Source: Candidatus Latescibacterota bacterium (GTDB taxonomy: Bacteria; Latescibacterota; UBA2968; UBA8231). From it: a DNA stretch of 64,000 bases. The DNA is taken from positions 3,520,001-3,584,000 of the forward strand of contig OZ242318.1 in the NCBI GenBank assembly GCA_965208105.1. The letters are read 5' to 3'. Every line of letters begins with the position of its first letter. Positions within the stretch are counted from its first letter, which is position 1. The notes below the pieces were generated by a model. The model was not told the DNA's origin. It saw only the letters and a list, made by a program, of their open reading frames with translations, and ran no database searches. Both the position numbers and the translations under genes were made by a program. This document shows positions 18,864 to 29,502 of the stretch, in pieces.

Positions 18864-20360
18864 ATGCCGCGAATTCTCGTCGCCGAATGCAAGCAAGAAA
18901 TCTCGTCCTTCAACCCCGTGCCGAGCCACTACGAGGACTTCCGCATCGTCCGCGGAGGAGCCATGCTGGAATACCACCGCGGGGTGGGCGAGGAAGTGGG
19001 CGGTGCGCTGAGCGTCTTCGAGGCGGACGGCGGTGTGGATGTCGTGCCCGGCCTGGGCGCCAGCTCCCTCACCTCGGGCGGGATCCTCAGCGCCGCCGGC
19101 TTCGGCCGCCTGAGCCGCGAGTTCCTCGACGGCCTGGCCGAAGCGGGTCCCGTGGATGCGGCCTACCTGGCCCTGCACGGAGCCATGCAGGCCGAAAACG
19201 AGAACGATCCCGAGGGCTTCCTGCTGCGGGAGGCGCGCCGCATCCTCGGCGAAGCGGTCCCCATCGTGGTTTCCCTCGATCTGCACGGGATTCTCACCGA
19301 CCGCATGCTGGAGCACAGCGACGCCATCGTGGTCTACCACACCTATCCTCACGTGGACTTCTTCGAGACCGGCGCACGCGCCGCCGCCCTTCTGCTGAAG
19401 CTGGCGGCGGGCGGGGTCCGGCCGGTGACCGCGCGGGTGAAGATCCCCGTCCTGGCGCGGGGTGACGAGACCATAACCGCAACAGGATCGGTGAGCCGGT
19501 GCATCCGCCGGGCCCGGCAGATCGAGGCCGGTGAGCCGGGCTTGGCCGCCGCCGTCATGTGGGGGAATCCCTTCACCGACGTTCCCGAGCTGCGCTCCAA
19601 TGCCCTGGTGGTGATGGACGGCGACGAGGCGGCCGCCCGGGAGCATGCCGTGGAGCTGGCCGGCCTCTTCTACGAGTCCCATGAGAAGATGCAGGTCCCC
19701 CTCACAAGCCTGGAGGAGAGCGTCCGGCAGGCCGCCGAGGTCCAGTCCGGAACGGTGGTGCTGATGGACGCCGCCGACGCCACCAGCTCAGGAGCCTCCG
19801 GCGACAGCAATGCCGTTCTGCAGGAGCTGATCCGCCAGGGATACAAGGGGAGCACCCTGTCTCCCATCGTCGATCCGCTGGCGGTTCGACGTGCCTTCGA
19901 AGCCGGGGTCGGTGCGACGGTGCGCACCACGGTGGGCGGGGCCCTCGATCCCGCCCGCTTTCAGCCGCTGGAGCTCGAGGCCAGGGTCTGCCTGCTCTCC
20001 GACGGCAGGTTCCGCAGCGAGTCCTTCGGCTGGCACTGGGACTCCGGCGACACGGCCGCCCTCGAGGCCGGCAACCACACCCTGGTGGTGGGCACCCGCC
20101 CCGTCAGCCTCTTCGATCGAGCGTGGTTCTTCGCCAACGGGCAGGACCCGCGCCGCTTCGACCTGGTGGTGGTCAAGTCGCCCCACTGCGAGCCCCGAAT
20201 GTTCGCCGACTGGTGCGCCCGGCTGATCGACGTGGACGCGCCCGGCTCCACCAGCGCCAATCTGCGCAGCCTGGGACACACTCTGTGCCCGCGGCCGATC
20301 TTTCCCCTGGACGAGGGGGTCGCCTTTCAGCCCGTGGCCGACGTCTTCCGCAGAAGCTGA
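18864..20360 (+). CDS. M81 family metallopeptidase (MlrC-like)
   Basis: LHGAM, DPEG, SLDLHG, TYPHVD, VVVKS, RPIFPLD. Confidence 0.92.
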   Translation: MPRILVAECKQEISSFNPVPSHYEDFRIVRGGAMLEYHRGVGEEVGGALSVFEADGGVDVVPGLGASSLTSGGILSAAGFGRLSREFLDGLAEAGPVDAAYLALHGAMQAENENDPEGFLLREARRILGEAVPIVVSLDLHGILTDRMLEHSDAIVVYHTYPHVDFFETGARAAALLLKLAAGGVRPVTARVKIPVLARGDETITATGSVSRCIRRARQIEAGEPGLAAAVMWGNPFTDVPELRSNALVVMDGDEAAAREHAVELAGLFYESHEKMQVPLTSLEESVRQAAEVQSGTVVLMDAADATSSGASGDSNAVLQELIRQGYKGSTLSPIVDPLAVRRAFEAGVGATVRTTVGGALDPARFQPLELEARVCLLSDGRFRSESFGWHWDSGDTAALEAGNHTLVVGTRPVSLFDRAWFFANGQDPRRFDLVVVKSPHCEPRMFADWCARLIDVDAPGSTSANLRSLGHTLCPRPIFPLDEGVAFQPVADVFRRS

Positions 20361-20709
20361 TCGGGGGTGCAGGCGTGCACCACACCCGCTTCCTCGACCT
20401 CGAAGACCGCGGTTAGCCGGAACCACCGGACGGCGCCCGCACTGTCAGGAGGTGCCGATGCCGCTGCCGGCTCGGCGCAGAGGGCTGTTTGCGATGAGTT
20501 CTCCGGGCCGTGGGGCAGTTCCCACTCCCAGCATTCCGGCAGGGTCCGCTCCATCTTGTTGTTCCACTGCCCCGTCTCTATACTTGAACGGCTTTTCCGC
20601 GGCCGGGATCAGCCGGTCCTGCCGTCCAGGCCCCGCCGAATGGGCGGCATGGGATCGAGACAGCCCTTTCCGGGCGGCCAAGGGAAGACAAACCTCAAGG
20701 AGCCTGCCG

Positions 20710-21474
20710 ATGCTGCTGCAAGATAAAGTTGCCATAGTGACCGGAAGCGGCAATGGAATAGGCCGCGCCGTTGCGACCCGCTTCGCCGGGGAGGGCGCCG
20801 CGGTCACCGTCGCCGAGTTGGAGGAGGGTCCGGGCCGCGAAACCGCGGAGGCCATCGCGGACTCGGGCGGCCGCGCTCTCTTCCACCAGACCGACACCGC
20901 CGACGGAGGCTCGGTGCGAGCCATGGTCGAGGCTGCGGTCGATCGCTTCGGCACCGTGAATATACTGGTGAACAACGCCGCCGCCTTCGTGTTCGGCAAT
21001 GTGGAGGAGGTGACCGAAAAGGACTGGGAGCGGGTCTTCGGGGTGAACGTGATCGGCTACGCCAACACGGTGCGCGAATGCCTGCCCGAGTTTCGCCGCA
21101 ACGGCGGTGGGACGGTGGTGAACATCGCTTCGGTGTCCTCCTTCATTGCACAGCCCGCCTTCGTCCCCTACAACGCCTCGAAAGGCGCGGTGGCCCAGCT
21201 TACCCGCTGCCTGGCCATGGACCTGGCCGAGGACAACGTGCGGGTCAACGCCATCTGCCCCGGCGCCGTCCGCACCCGCGCCACCGACCGCCACATCGCT
21301 TCTCTGGGTCTGGATCCGGAAGCTGCCTACGCCGATTTCGCCCGGGACTCGCTGATGAACAGGATGGGCAGGCCCGAAGAAATTGCCGCCGGCGCTCTCT
21401 TCCTGGCCTCGGACGAATCTTCCTTCATGACCGGTGCGCACATCGTCATGGACGGTGGGGCCACCATCGACTGA
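20710..21474 (+). CDS. Short-chain dehydrogenase/reductase
   Basis: TGSGNGIG, NNAA, YNASK, RVNAICPG, DGG. Confidence 0.95.
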   Translation: MLLQDKVAIVTGSGNGIGRAVATRFAGEGAAVTVAELEEGPGRETAEAIADSGGRALFHQTDTADGGSVRAMVEAAVDRFGTVNILVNNAAAFVFGNVEEVTEKDWERVFGVNVIGYANTVRECLPEFRRNGGGTVVNIASVSSFIAQPAFVPYNASKGAVAQLTRCLAMDLAEDNVRVNAICPGAVRTRATDRHIASLGLDPEAAYADFARDSLMNRMGRPEEIAAGALFLASDESSFMTGAHIVMDGGATID

Positions 21475-21592
21475 TTCCCGGTCAGGGGGTTGCCCTCGCT
21501 CGAAGTCCTCCACCAGTACGACTCGCTGAGGCCGCTTGCGAGCCGGGGCCCTTCGCAGCCCTCGTTCCTATCCTTAATTTCGCCCGCGGGGA

Positions 21593-22462
21593 CTACTTCC
21601 AGCGGAAGTGCGGGTCGGATACGCTGTAGGGCCAGCTCGACCCGCCCGCGTGGTGGAAGTCCTCCGACCGGCCGCAGAGCCAGAGAAAGAGCTCGGCCAC
21701 CCGCGGCACCGACTGCCATATGTGCGCGGCACCGCTGAAGTAGTCGTTCTCGAAGGAGTAGTCGGCCCTGGCGAAGTCGAAGCCTTCCTCGGCGATCCAG
21801 TCGCGCCGGGGAGCAACCGTGCGCCAGCAGTCCCATTTCAGGAGATTGCGCACTCCCTCGGCTTTTTTCGGCGGCTGGCGGTGCCAGATGGAGTAGGCGG
21901 TGAAGAATACCGACCCGGCCGGAGCCGCGGTCATGAGCTGGCCGGCCAGGTTGCCGTAGTGCTCCAGCTCCTCCCGCGCTATGGGGATGAGGTGGGACCC
22001 GGGAAGGAAGAGGGTGGGTCCCATGGCGGGAGTAGCCTCCCGGGGGTAGTAGAAGATCTGCAGCAGCTCTAGGGTGCGCTCGAACTTCGAGCCGGCGTCC
22101 ACGTGCCACATCCCCGCCTTCCTCGGGCCATCGAGCCGGTGGTTGGCTAGCCAGTCGGGCAGCTGGAAATTTTCGCCCAGCAGCGACCTGGCCACTCCGG
22201 CCACCTCGGGGTGCAGCAGCACCTCGCGCACGAAGCGCTCCTCGGCGAGCAGGTTGTTCTGCGTGATCGCCTGCGGGTCGCGGTCCACCTCCCGCTCTAT
22301 GTACTCGGCGACCCAGGAGTTGGTCGAGTCGGGTATCGCCCCCTCCAGCGCGAAGATGCCGGTTTTGCAGAACTCGAGGACCTGGCTGTCGTTCAGGGTC
22401 GGCCGGATGTCCCCGCCGGCGCGCCGGACGGTTGAATCTTTCGGTTTCAGCAGCTCGCTCAT
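21593..22462 (-). CDS. PhyH family dioxygenase
   Basis: WHVD, GPT..LPGSH, IWHR; paralogue of 49729..50640. Confidence 0.85.
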   Translation of the reverse strand: MSELLKPKDSTVRRAGGDIRPTLNDSQVLEFCKTGIFALEGAIPDSTNSWVAEYIEREVDRDPQAITQNNLLAEERFVREVLLHPEVAGVARSLLGENFQLPDWLANHRLDGPRKAGMWHVDAGSKFERTLELLQIFYYPREATPAMGPTLFLPGSHLIPIAREELEHYGNLAGQLMTAAPAGSVFFTAYSIWHRQPPKKAEGVRNLLKWDCWRTVAPRRDWIAEEGFDFARADYSFENDYFSGAAHIWQSVPRVAELFLWLCGRSEDFHHAGGSSWPYSVSDPHFRWK

Positions 22463-22821
22463 TCCGACAACCTTTCCAGGACGAACTCGCAGATTACGTG
22501 TCGGTCCTGCGAGTGCGCCGCCGGCACCTGCGCCGGAAAGCGGATCACCCTCCACCCGTCGCGGACCGCCTCGGCGACGGTCTTGTAGGGCCAGTCATCG
22601 TAGTCGGCGGGACCGTCGTCGACCTCGCCGCCGCGGACCATGGTAATGCCGATCACCTTCGACTCCACCGAGGTGGTGGCGGTTTGCATGTAGAGCAGGT
22701 CCTGCACCCTGCGCCTTTTGCCCAGGGCAGTCTTCAGGTCCTGGAGGCGCCCCTCGGTGAGGGTGCCGGACCTGAAGGCGTCGATGCATTCCTGCAGCAG
22801 TCTGCCGGCTTCCGATTCCAT
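22459..22821 (-). CDS. Hypothetical protein coupled to PhyH gene
   Basis: 120 aa; QDLLY.Q, WPY.TV.EA..DGWRVI.FP; 4-bp overlap with the downstream dioxygenase. Confidence 0.75.
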   Translation of the reverse strand: MESEAGRLLQECIDAFRSGTLTEGRLQDLKTALGKRRRVQDLLYMQTATTSVESKVIGITMVRGGEVDDGPADYDDWPYKTVAEAVRDGWRVIRFPAQVPAAHSQDRHVICEFVLERLSE

Positions 22822-22936
22822 GATTTTCTTGTGGTTGCGCCGGGCGGCCCCGTGCCATGGTGGAGGCCACGGGTGATGGCCCGGTCGCCGGGGCTTATGA
22901 ATTCCTCCCGCCCCTCGCGTGCCTCGGAAAGCCCGG

Positions 22937-23956
22937 TCAGGCCGCCGCGAGTTCGGCGTTGGCCCTGTCCACCATCGCCTTCATGTAGGCAATCGAGTAG
23001 GCCGTTCCGACCCTTTCGTCGCCCGCCATCATGGGAATGTGGTCGGGGATCAGCACGCCGTTGAAGTCCACCTCCCGCAGGGCCTTCATCACCGCGTACA
23101 TGTCCATGTAGCCATTGTCGATGAAGGTCTCGACGAAGTGGGGCAGGGGCTTGTCCACGTTGCGGAAGTGGATCTTGAAGATCTTCCCCAGGTTGCCGAA
23201 GTAGCTGATGGTTTCAAAGATGTCCCGCCCCATGGAATCGCCCCCTTCCAGCCAGCATCCCACGCACAGGCACAGCCCCACGTTGGGGCTGTCGGCGATC
23301 TCCATCGCCCGCCTGTAGCCGTCGAAGCTGCTGAAGATGGGACGCGGAACGCCGCCGATCTTGACCCCGGGCGGATCGTCGGGATGGATGCCGATGCGGA
23401 CTCCCGCCTCCTCGGCCACCGGCGCTACCTCGCGGATGAAGCTGCTGAAGTTCTCCCAGATCTCGTCTTCGGTGTACTCGCGGCCGTGGGTCAGGTCGCC
23501 CCGGTATTTTCCTCTTGCGTCGCTGCCCTCGGCCAGCCTTTGCAGATCGAACGCACGTGCCACCGCGCCTCCCCGGGTGGTCTCGGCGGGTGTGCTCCAC
23601 ACGCTGTTGGCCATGTGGGCGTAGGTGGTGAAGGGGATGCCCGCCGCTCCCAGGTTGCGCAGGTGTTGCTTGTATTCCTCCACCTTCTCGTCGCGGTCGG
23701 GCAGGTTGAGCACGATGGCCTCGGGATTGTGCACGCTGTGGTTGCCCATGACGTAGAGACGGAGTCCGTTTTTCTCGAACTCCTCGCGGCGGCTGCGGTA
23801 GTACTCGGGACTGGCCTTGGCGGCATCGGTCCAGGTGATGGTGTACTCCACCCCCAACTGCCGGTTGAAGGCGAATTCCCCGGGGCTGGGCTCGGCCGAC
23901 ATCTGGGATGCCACCTTGAGGCCGGGGCTGATGTTCATGAGGGAATTGGCGGCCAT
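22937..23956 (-). CDS. Mannonate dehydratase (UxuA) family protein
   Basis: PVAEEAGV...HPDDPP, HFRNV, PDH.P. Confidence 0.88.
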   Translation of the reverse strand: MAANSLMNISPGLKVASQMSAEPSPGEFAFNRQLGVEYTITWTDAAKASPEYYRSRREEFEKNGLRLYVMGNHSVHNPEAIVLNLPDRDEKVEEYKQHLRNLGAAGIPFTTYAHMANSVWSTPAETTRGGAVARAFDLQRLAEGSDARGKYRGDLTHGREYTEDEIWENFSSFIREVAPVAEEAGVRIGIHPDDPPGVKIGGVPRPIFSSFDGYRRAMEIADSPNVGLCLCVGCWLEGGDSMGRDIFETISYFGNLGKIFKIHFRNVDKPLPHFVETFIDNGYMDMYAVMKALREVDFNGVLIPDHIPMMAGDERVGTAYSIAYMKAMVDRANAELAAA

Positions 23957-24108
23957 TTCTCTCCTCGGTTGGTTGGAAGAATTGATCTCTGCATGACGGA
24001 GGGAAAAGTATAGAGAGTGCCGGGACGGCGATCAAGGCGGGGGCGGGCTGAGCTGCCGGGAGTTGGCGGCCGGCGGCGATGGCGGTCCCTATCCGGGGGA
24101 GAGGAGGC

Positions 24109-25143
24109 TCAACCCGCCACCGCCTTGAAGACGCGCAGGAAGTTGGCTCCGAGGATTTTCCCCGCCGTCTGCGGATCGTGGCCGCGCTCGAGCAGGCCGG
24201 CGGTGAGGTTGGCGGTGGCTCCGATGTCCTTCATGCCGGCGGGGCGGTTTGCGGTCTGGTCCAGGAAGTCGGTCCCGAAGCTCACGTGGTCGGGACCCAC
24301 CAGCTCCACCATGTAGTCGACGTGATCGAGCAGCAGTTCCAGGGAGGGTGTCTCCCGGCCGGGTCCCAGCGGCAGGGGGCTGGGGCACACCACCCCCCCG
24401 GTTGCCGCGACGGCGCGGATCTGCTCGTCGCTCAGGTAGCGCACGGTGTCCTGCAGGGCCCGGGCGTTGCCGTGGGTTGCGACCACCGGCTCCCTTGTGG
24501 TCTCCAGGGCGTCCCAGAAGCTGGCCTCGGCCATGTGGGTGACGTCCACCAGCATGCCCAGGCGGTTCATCTCTCGCACCACCTCCCTTCCCGCGGCAGT
24601 GAGGCCGCCGGGAGGGTCGCTGCCGGGGTCGTAGAGGCGCATGCGCGGTCCGTCCCAGACCTGGGTGGCCGTGCCCATCTGGTTGCGCCCCTCGTGCACC
24701 AGGCCGAGGTGGCGCAGGCCCAGGCGGTACAGGGTCCGCAGCACGCTGAGGTCGCCTTTGAGGGCGTCTCCTCCCTCCAGGCCGAAGATGAAGGCTACCT
24801 TGCCGTTCCTTCGCGCCGCCTCGATATCGCCGGCGCATGTGGCCAGCACCGCATCTTGCCCGGACTCCCCGCTAAGCTGGCGGTGCAGGTAGTCGGCCAT
24901 CTGCAGCAGTCTCTGCAGCGGGCGGCGGCTGCCATGGGGCCCGCCGATGGCGGCGTCGGGGACCCAGCAGGCGGTGAGCTGGGCGGCCACGCCCCCGGCG
25001 CGCATGAGGGGCAGGTCGGTCAGCCCCCCCAGGGGACGGTGCAGGTCCTTCTTCGACTGGAACGCCAGGTCCAGGGTGTGGCCGTGGGCGTCGATGACGG
25101 GTGTCCGGGACTGGATTTTCCGAGCCGGGCCGGTGCAGTTCAT
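24109..25143 (-). CDS. Membrane dipeptidase (M19) family amidohydrolase
   Basis: D.HGH, GLEG, MNRLGMLVDVTH, THGN, GTDF. Confidence 0.9.
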   Translation of the reverse strand: MNCTGPARKIQSRTPVIDAHGHTLDLAFQSKKDLHRPLGGLTDLPLMRAGGVAAQLTACWVPDAAIGGPHGSRRPLQRLLQMADYLHRQLSGESGQDAVLATCAGDIEAARRNGKVAFIFGLEGGDALKGDLSVLRTLYRLGLRHLGLVHEGRNQMGTATQVWDGPRMRLYDPGSDPPGGLTAAGREVVREMNRLGMLVDVTHMAEASFWDALETTREPVVATHGNARALQDTVRYLSDEQIRAVAATGGVVCPSPLPLGPGRETPSLELLLDHVDYMVELVGPDHVSFGTDFLDQTANRPAGMKDIGATANLTAGLLERGHDPQTAGKILGANFLRVFKAVAG

Positions 25144-25247
25144 GTGCGGAGACCTCCCCAGGTTGTATGGTCGCTACGGTGACAATATATTGATCCATAA
25201 AGAGTTCTGCGCAACCGGAAACCGATTCTTGAACAAAAGGTGGAGGA

Positions 25248-26600
25248 ATGAAATCGCGGAGAAGAAATGGAGTGCGCAAGGTTGGGCTGAGCGATGTGAG
25301 ACATATCCAGGTCCATCGCGACGAGAATCTCTACATGTTCGCTCCCAACAGGGGAGGCCTGTGGAATTTCGGCGACGGCGAGATAGCCATTGCCTATCTG
25401 GCCGTGCCCATGGACTACGGCAGGGAGCTGCCCAGCGGGTTCAATCGCCACAGCGGCGGTCCGCGTTCCATCCGGGGAGCGCACCCCAAGTGGGGAAGCG
25501 AGGCCGGGGCCATGATCAGCCGCTCCCTGGACGGCGGGGAGACCTGGCCTGAAGAGGAACGCCAGTGGATCTGGAACAATGACCGCACCCTCGAGGAGAC
25601 CCTCGACTGGCTGCGCCCCCGGGACCCCGCCGGGCGCGAGGAGATCGACCTGGGCGATCCGGACTCCATCATCCACTTCTGCCACTCGGAGTACATCAAG
25701 TTTCCCATCGGCGGCGGCATGAATTCCGTCGATCCCGCCGACAACTTCCACCTCGGCAGGCTGAAGCACCTTCCTTCCTTCTGCCTGCGCAGCCGGGACC
25801 GGGGCCGGACCTGGGAGAGCCACGCGACCTTGATCGACGCCCCCAACTGGGCCCCAGGCGGCGGCTACCTGTCCGTCAACCTGGGGCACGTGCGCTTCGA
25901 CAACGGGGTGCTGGGCATAGTCGGCGGCATCTATCGCAGGAACATCTGCGCCTACTATGTCAGCTACAACAACGGCCTGAGCTGGGAGTACGTCAGCAAC
26001 GTCGCCATGGTCAGCGAACATATCACCCCTCTCGACGGAGACATGCTGGCCGGCTTCAACTACTCGGGGGTCCACCACCTGCCGGATGGACGGCTGATGT
26101 GCTCCATGCTGCACCACAGTGGAGCGACGCCGGCGTTCGAGATCCCCTGTGTCGCCTTCTCCGAGGACGACGGCATGACCTGGTCGCCGCAGCGCTACGT
26201 GACCACCCCCGGGACCTTCTGCGGGCCGGTGAGCGGTCCCCCGCCGGACACGGCGCCGCGCAACGAGGAAGGCATAAAGGACAACTCGCGCCAGCGCTGC
26301 CCCAACGCCCTGGTTACCCGGGACGGCCGCATCATCGTCACCTTCGCCAGGAGGACCAGCAACAGGGGATGCCGCGGAATCGTGGGGGTGGTGAGCGACG
26401 ACCTGGGCGAGACCTGGAGCGAGGAGTTCGTGATCCGCGGCGACGCCTACTGCTGGGACCTGGGCTACCAGGTCCTCACCGAGCTGCCCGACGGCAGGAT
26501 CTTCACCGCCTACTGGTGGACGAGCAACGACACCGGCAAGCCCATACCCGAACCTCAGCTGGTGCGCTATATCGCCGGGACCTTCTTCCGGATCGACTGA
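25248..26600 (+). CDS. BNR/Asp-box sialidase-like beta-propeller protein
   Basis: Asp boxes SLDGGETW, SRDRGRTW, SYNNGLSW, SEDDGMTW, SDDLGETW; DLGY. Confidence 0.85.
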   Translation: MKSRRRNGVRKVGLSDVRHIQVHRDENLYMFAPNRGGLWNFGDGEIAIAYLAVPMDYGRELPSGFNRHSGGPRSIRGAHPKWGSEAGAMISRSLDGGETWPEEERQWIWNNDRTLEETLDWLRPRDPAGREEIDLGDPDSIIHFCHSEYIKFPIGGGMNSVDPADNFHLGRLKHLPSFCLRSRDRGRTWESHATLIDAPNWAPGGGYLSVNLGHVRFDNGVLGIVGGIYRRNICAYYVSYNNGLSWEYVSNVAMVSEHITPLDGDMLAGFNYSGVHHLPDGRLMCSMLHHSGATPAFEIPCVAFSEDDGMTWSPQRYVTTPGTFCGPVSGPPPDTAPRNEEGIKDNSRQRCPNALVTRDGRIIVTFARRTSNRGCRGIVGVVSDDLGETWSEEFVIRGDAYCWDLGYQVLTELPDGRIFTAYWWTSNDTGKPIPEPQLVRYIAGTFFRID

Positions 26601-26647
26601 TGCGTCTCCCGGCTCCAGGGGCGGGCGGGGACTGCCCGAACGGGCTG

Positions 26648-27508
26648 TCAGGAGTGGATGGGACCGTCGCCGGCCACGGTGGTGCGGTGCATGACGCGGG
26701 GGTGGACTCTCCTGTCCCATGGGCGGCCCCGGTGCAGGCAGCAGCGGTTGTCCCAGACCACCAGATCGTGGGCGCGCCACTGGTGGCGGTAGACGAACCG
26801 CGGCTGGGTCGACCATTCCAGCAGTTCCTGCAGCAGGGCCCGGCCCTTTTCGAGGGGCCAGCCGATGATGCGCGTGGCATAGGATCCGACGAGGAGGGCC
26901 CGGGCCCCGGTCTCGGGAATGGTGCGCACCAGCACATGCTCCACCGGGGGCACCTCCTCGAGAAATGCATCGTCGACCAGGTTGGGAGCGATTTGCGCCC
27001 GCGATTTGGCGAAGCTGTGCTCGGCGACCAGTCCCTCCAGGCCCGCTCTCCTATCGGCGGGCAGGGCTGCGTAGGCGGCGCAGAGGCTGGCGTACTCGGT
27101 CTCGCCCCCCTCGGGCGGCACCACCTTGGCGGAGAGCAGGGATGCCCGCAGGGGTACGCGCCTGAAGGCCCCGTCGGAGTGCCAGAGCTCGTTGCCACTC
27201 TGGTAGAGCATGCGGGTGTCCCGAGGCGGGATGAGGGCGCCGTGCTCGTCGAGATTGGTGATGATCCCGACCGGCCCCCCGTCGCCGATGGGGTCGTTGG
27301 GAATGGTCAACTCGATGGGCCCGAATCCCCGGGTGAAGGAGACGTGCTGCTCGTCGGTGAGGTCCTGGCCGGGGAAGACGAGAACCGAGTTATCGTAAAG
27401 GGCGGAGCGCAGTTGAGCGAAGATGGATGCGTCGACGGGCGCGGTGATATCGACTCCCTCGACCTCGGCGCCTATGTGTTCCTCCAGCTTGTGAATTGCC
27501 AGGGCCAT
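26648..27508 (-). CDS. TauD/TfdA family dioxygenase
   Basis: WHSD, GGET.YA, WDNRC.LHR. Confidence 0.93.
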   Translation of the reverse strand: MALAIHKLEEHIGAEVEGVDITAPVDASIFAQLRSALYDNSVLVFPGQDLTDEQHVSFTRGFGPIELTIPNDPIGDGGPVGIITNLDEHGALIPPRDTRMLYQSGNELWHSDGAFRRVPLRASLLSAKVVPPEGGETEYASLCAAYAALPADRRAGLEGLVAEHSFAKSRAQIAPNLVDDAFLEEVPPVEHVLVRTIPETGARALLVGSYATRIIGWPLEKGRALLQELLEWSTQPRFVYRHQWRAHDLVVWDNRCCLHRGRPWDRRVHPRVMHRTTVAGDGPIHS

Positions 27509-27726
27509 CCCGGTATCCTCCTCGATCCGGCGTCTGCCGCCGGATTGCTACAATTGTATGAATTCTCGTTGGCCTGGCAAGATTTCCATCCGCCTTGCCG
27601 CCCGATGGAGCTGATGGGCGAAGGTGGGAGGAGGCATGATTCCGCCGCCAGGGGGCGCTCCCTGCGCAAAAGGACCGCCCCTGCTCTCCGCGGTCGATTT
27701 CCCCGCGTTTCCAGGAAGGAAGACCC

Positions 27727-28536
27727 ATGACCCTTACCTCCCGGCAGAAGAGACACTTTCGCGACCACGGCTACGTGGCCGTTCCCGATTTCTTCAGTGA
27801 CCGCGAAATAGCGGCGCTGCGGGCCGAGATCGAGCGCTTCAAACGCGAGGGACTCCTGCGCAACGTGGCCACCGACGGGGACGGGGAGACCCCTTCGGAG
27901 AGCAAGGCCAACCTGCAGCTCATCCCGCTCAACGACAAGAGCGCCCTGATCCGCGCCCTGCCCTTCGAGCCCCGGGTCGTGGAGGCGGTCGGACAGCTGA
28001 TCGGCGATCCGTTCCTGCTCCACCTGGACCAGATGTTCCTCAAGCCTGCAAGGCACGGGATGGGCACCGACTGGCACCAGGACAACGCCTACTTCAAGAT
28101 CGGCGATCCCATGATGGGCACGGCCATGTGGGTTGCCGTCCACGACGCCGACCAGGCCAACGGAACCCTGCGGGTCATCCACGACAGCTTCACGGAAGAG
28201 TACGAGCACAGCCGCGACCCAGACAGCGACCACCACATCCACTGCTTCCCTCCCGAGGAGCGCGCTGTCGCCCTCGAGATGGAGGCCGGCGGAGTGGTGT
28301 TCTTCTGCTACGGCACGGCGCACAGCACCGGACCCAACACCACGGACCGCGAGCGCGCCGGCATCGCCTTTCACTTCCTGCGCACTGCATGCGTGGATTC
28401 GGCCAACCTGATCAGGTCCGAGCGCAGCTATCCCTGCCTGAGCGGGTCCGATGCCACGGGCGGAAGGAAAGAGTACGGGGTGCAGGTGGCGGGTACCTGG
28501 GAAAGAGAAGTGGAGCGCGCCCTGGGGGAGGAATGA
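27727..28536 (+). CDS. PhyH family dioxygenase
   Basis: FLKP, WHQDNAYF, NGTL, AHSTG.N.T...R. Confidence 0.92.
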   Translation: MTLTSRQKRHFRDHGYVAVPDFFSDREIAALRAEIERFKREGLLRNVATDGDGETPSESKANLQLIPLNDKSALIRALPFEPRVVEAVGQLIGDPFLLHLDQMFLKPARHGMGTDWHQDNAYFKIGDPMMGTAMWVAVHDADQANGTLRVIHDSFTEEYEHSRDPDSDHHIHCFPPEERAVALEMEAGGVVFFCYGTAHSTGPNTTDRERAGIAFHFLRTACVDSANLIRSERSYPCLSGSDATGGRKEYGVQVAGTWEREVERALGEE

Positions 28537-28713
28537 AGGCCGGGAAGGAGGGGTTCGGGTCGGCGGCGGGAGGAATCTTCCGGATGGGGCCGGGTTCCTG
28601 GGAGGAATGTTCCCCGCCCCAGGGAGGATGGTTGGCTGCAGAGATGAAGCCGGAGCCCAGGGCGGTATGCTGTCCGCCCCCGGGAGGAGGGTCGGCGGCG
28701 GATGTGCGGCGCC

Positions 28714-29478
28714 TCAATAGGGCAGGATGTTCCGCGGCTGGTACTGATAGGCCCCCATCAGTTGCCTGACCGTTTCCGACGGGTCCTCGATCTCGGCGAG
28801 CTGCCCCCGCATGTCCTCCTGGGTGGTGAAGCAGGGCCGGATGTACATCCCCAGCAGACAGGAGCGCTGCCTGCCCGTGGTGTTCGGGCGGGCGGTGTGC
28901 CAGTAGGCTCCGTGGGCGACCACCACACTGCCGCGGGTACCCGTGACTATCTCGCCGTCGGCGCGCCATTCCTCCTTGTCGGGCGGGGGGTGCAGCTTGC
29001 GATGCGAGTAGGGGGCTATGGCGGTGGCACCGTTTTCCACCGTGAAGTCGTCGAGCATCCAGATGGTCTGCCCGGTGAAGTTTCCCGACGGCCACGGCGG
29101 CTGCAGCCTGTGGTAGGGAAAGTCGGAGTGCCAGCCGTGCTTGTCGTGGCCCGGCAATATGGTGTTGGCGGTCCAGGTCGAGCAGATCACGTCCTCGCCC
29201 AGATACCGGCGCCAGACCGCCAGGACCAGGGGATGGCACATGAGCTCGAGGAAGAGCGGGTGCTTCACCGCGATGCGGCCGACGCGCTGGGACCTGTTGC
29301 GCTCGGCGTCCTCGTTGCGCTCGGCTTCGAGGAACTTCTCCAGGATGGCCCGGGCCCGGTCGGCCTCTTCGGTCGGGATCACCCCCTCGATGGCGCAGTA
29401 GCCGCGCTCGTCCATCTCGGCGATGATGGCCTCGAGGTCGCGGCCGGCCGCCTTCTCCCCTTGTAGCGCGACGCTCAT
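28714..29478 (-). CDS. PhyH family dioxygenase
   Basis: WHSDFPY, WMLDDFT.ENGAT, WHTA..N.T..QR. Confidence 0.92.
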   Translation of the reverse strand: MSVALQGEKAAGRDLEAIIAEMDERGYCAIEGVIPTEEADRARAILEKFLEAERNEDAERNRSQRVGRIAVKHPLFLELMCHPLVLAVWRRYLGEDVICSTWTANTILPGHDKHGWHSDFPYHRLQPPWPSGNFTGQTIWMLDDFTVENGATAIAPYSHRKLHPPPDKEEWRADGEIVTGTRGSVVVAHGAYWHTARPNTTGRQRSCLLGMYIRPCFTTQEDMRGQLAEIEDPSETVRQLMGAYQYQPRNILPY

Positions 29479-29502
29479 TGCTGCCTGCCGTTCACGGGCG
29501 TC

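Noticed and set aside
28537-28713. Degenerate GGGAGGA-containing repeats between convergent PhyH genes
   Set aside because: Low identity and irregular spacing; no definable unit
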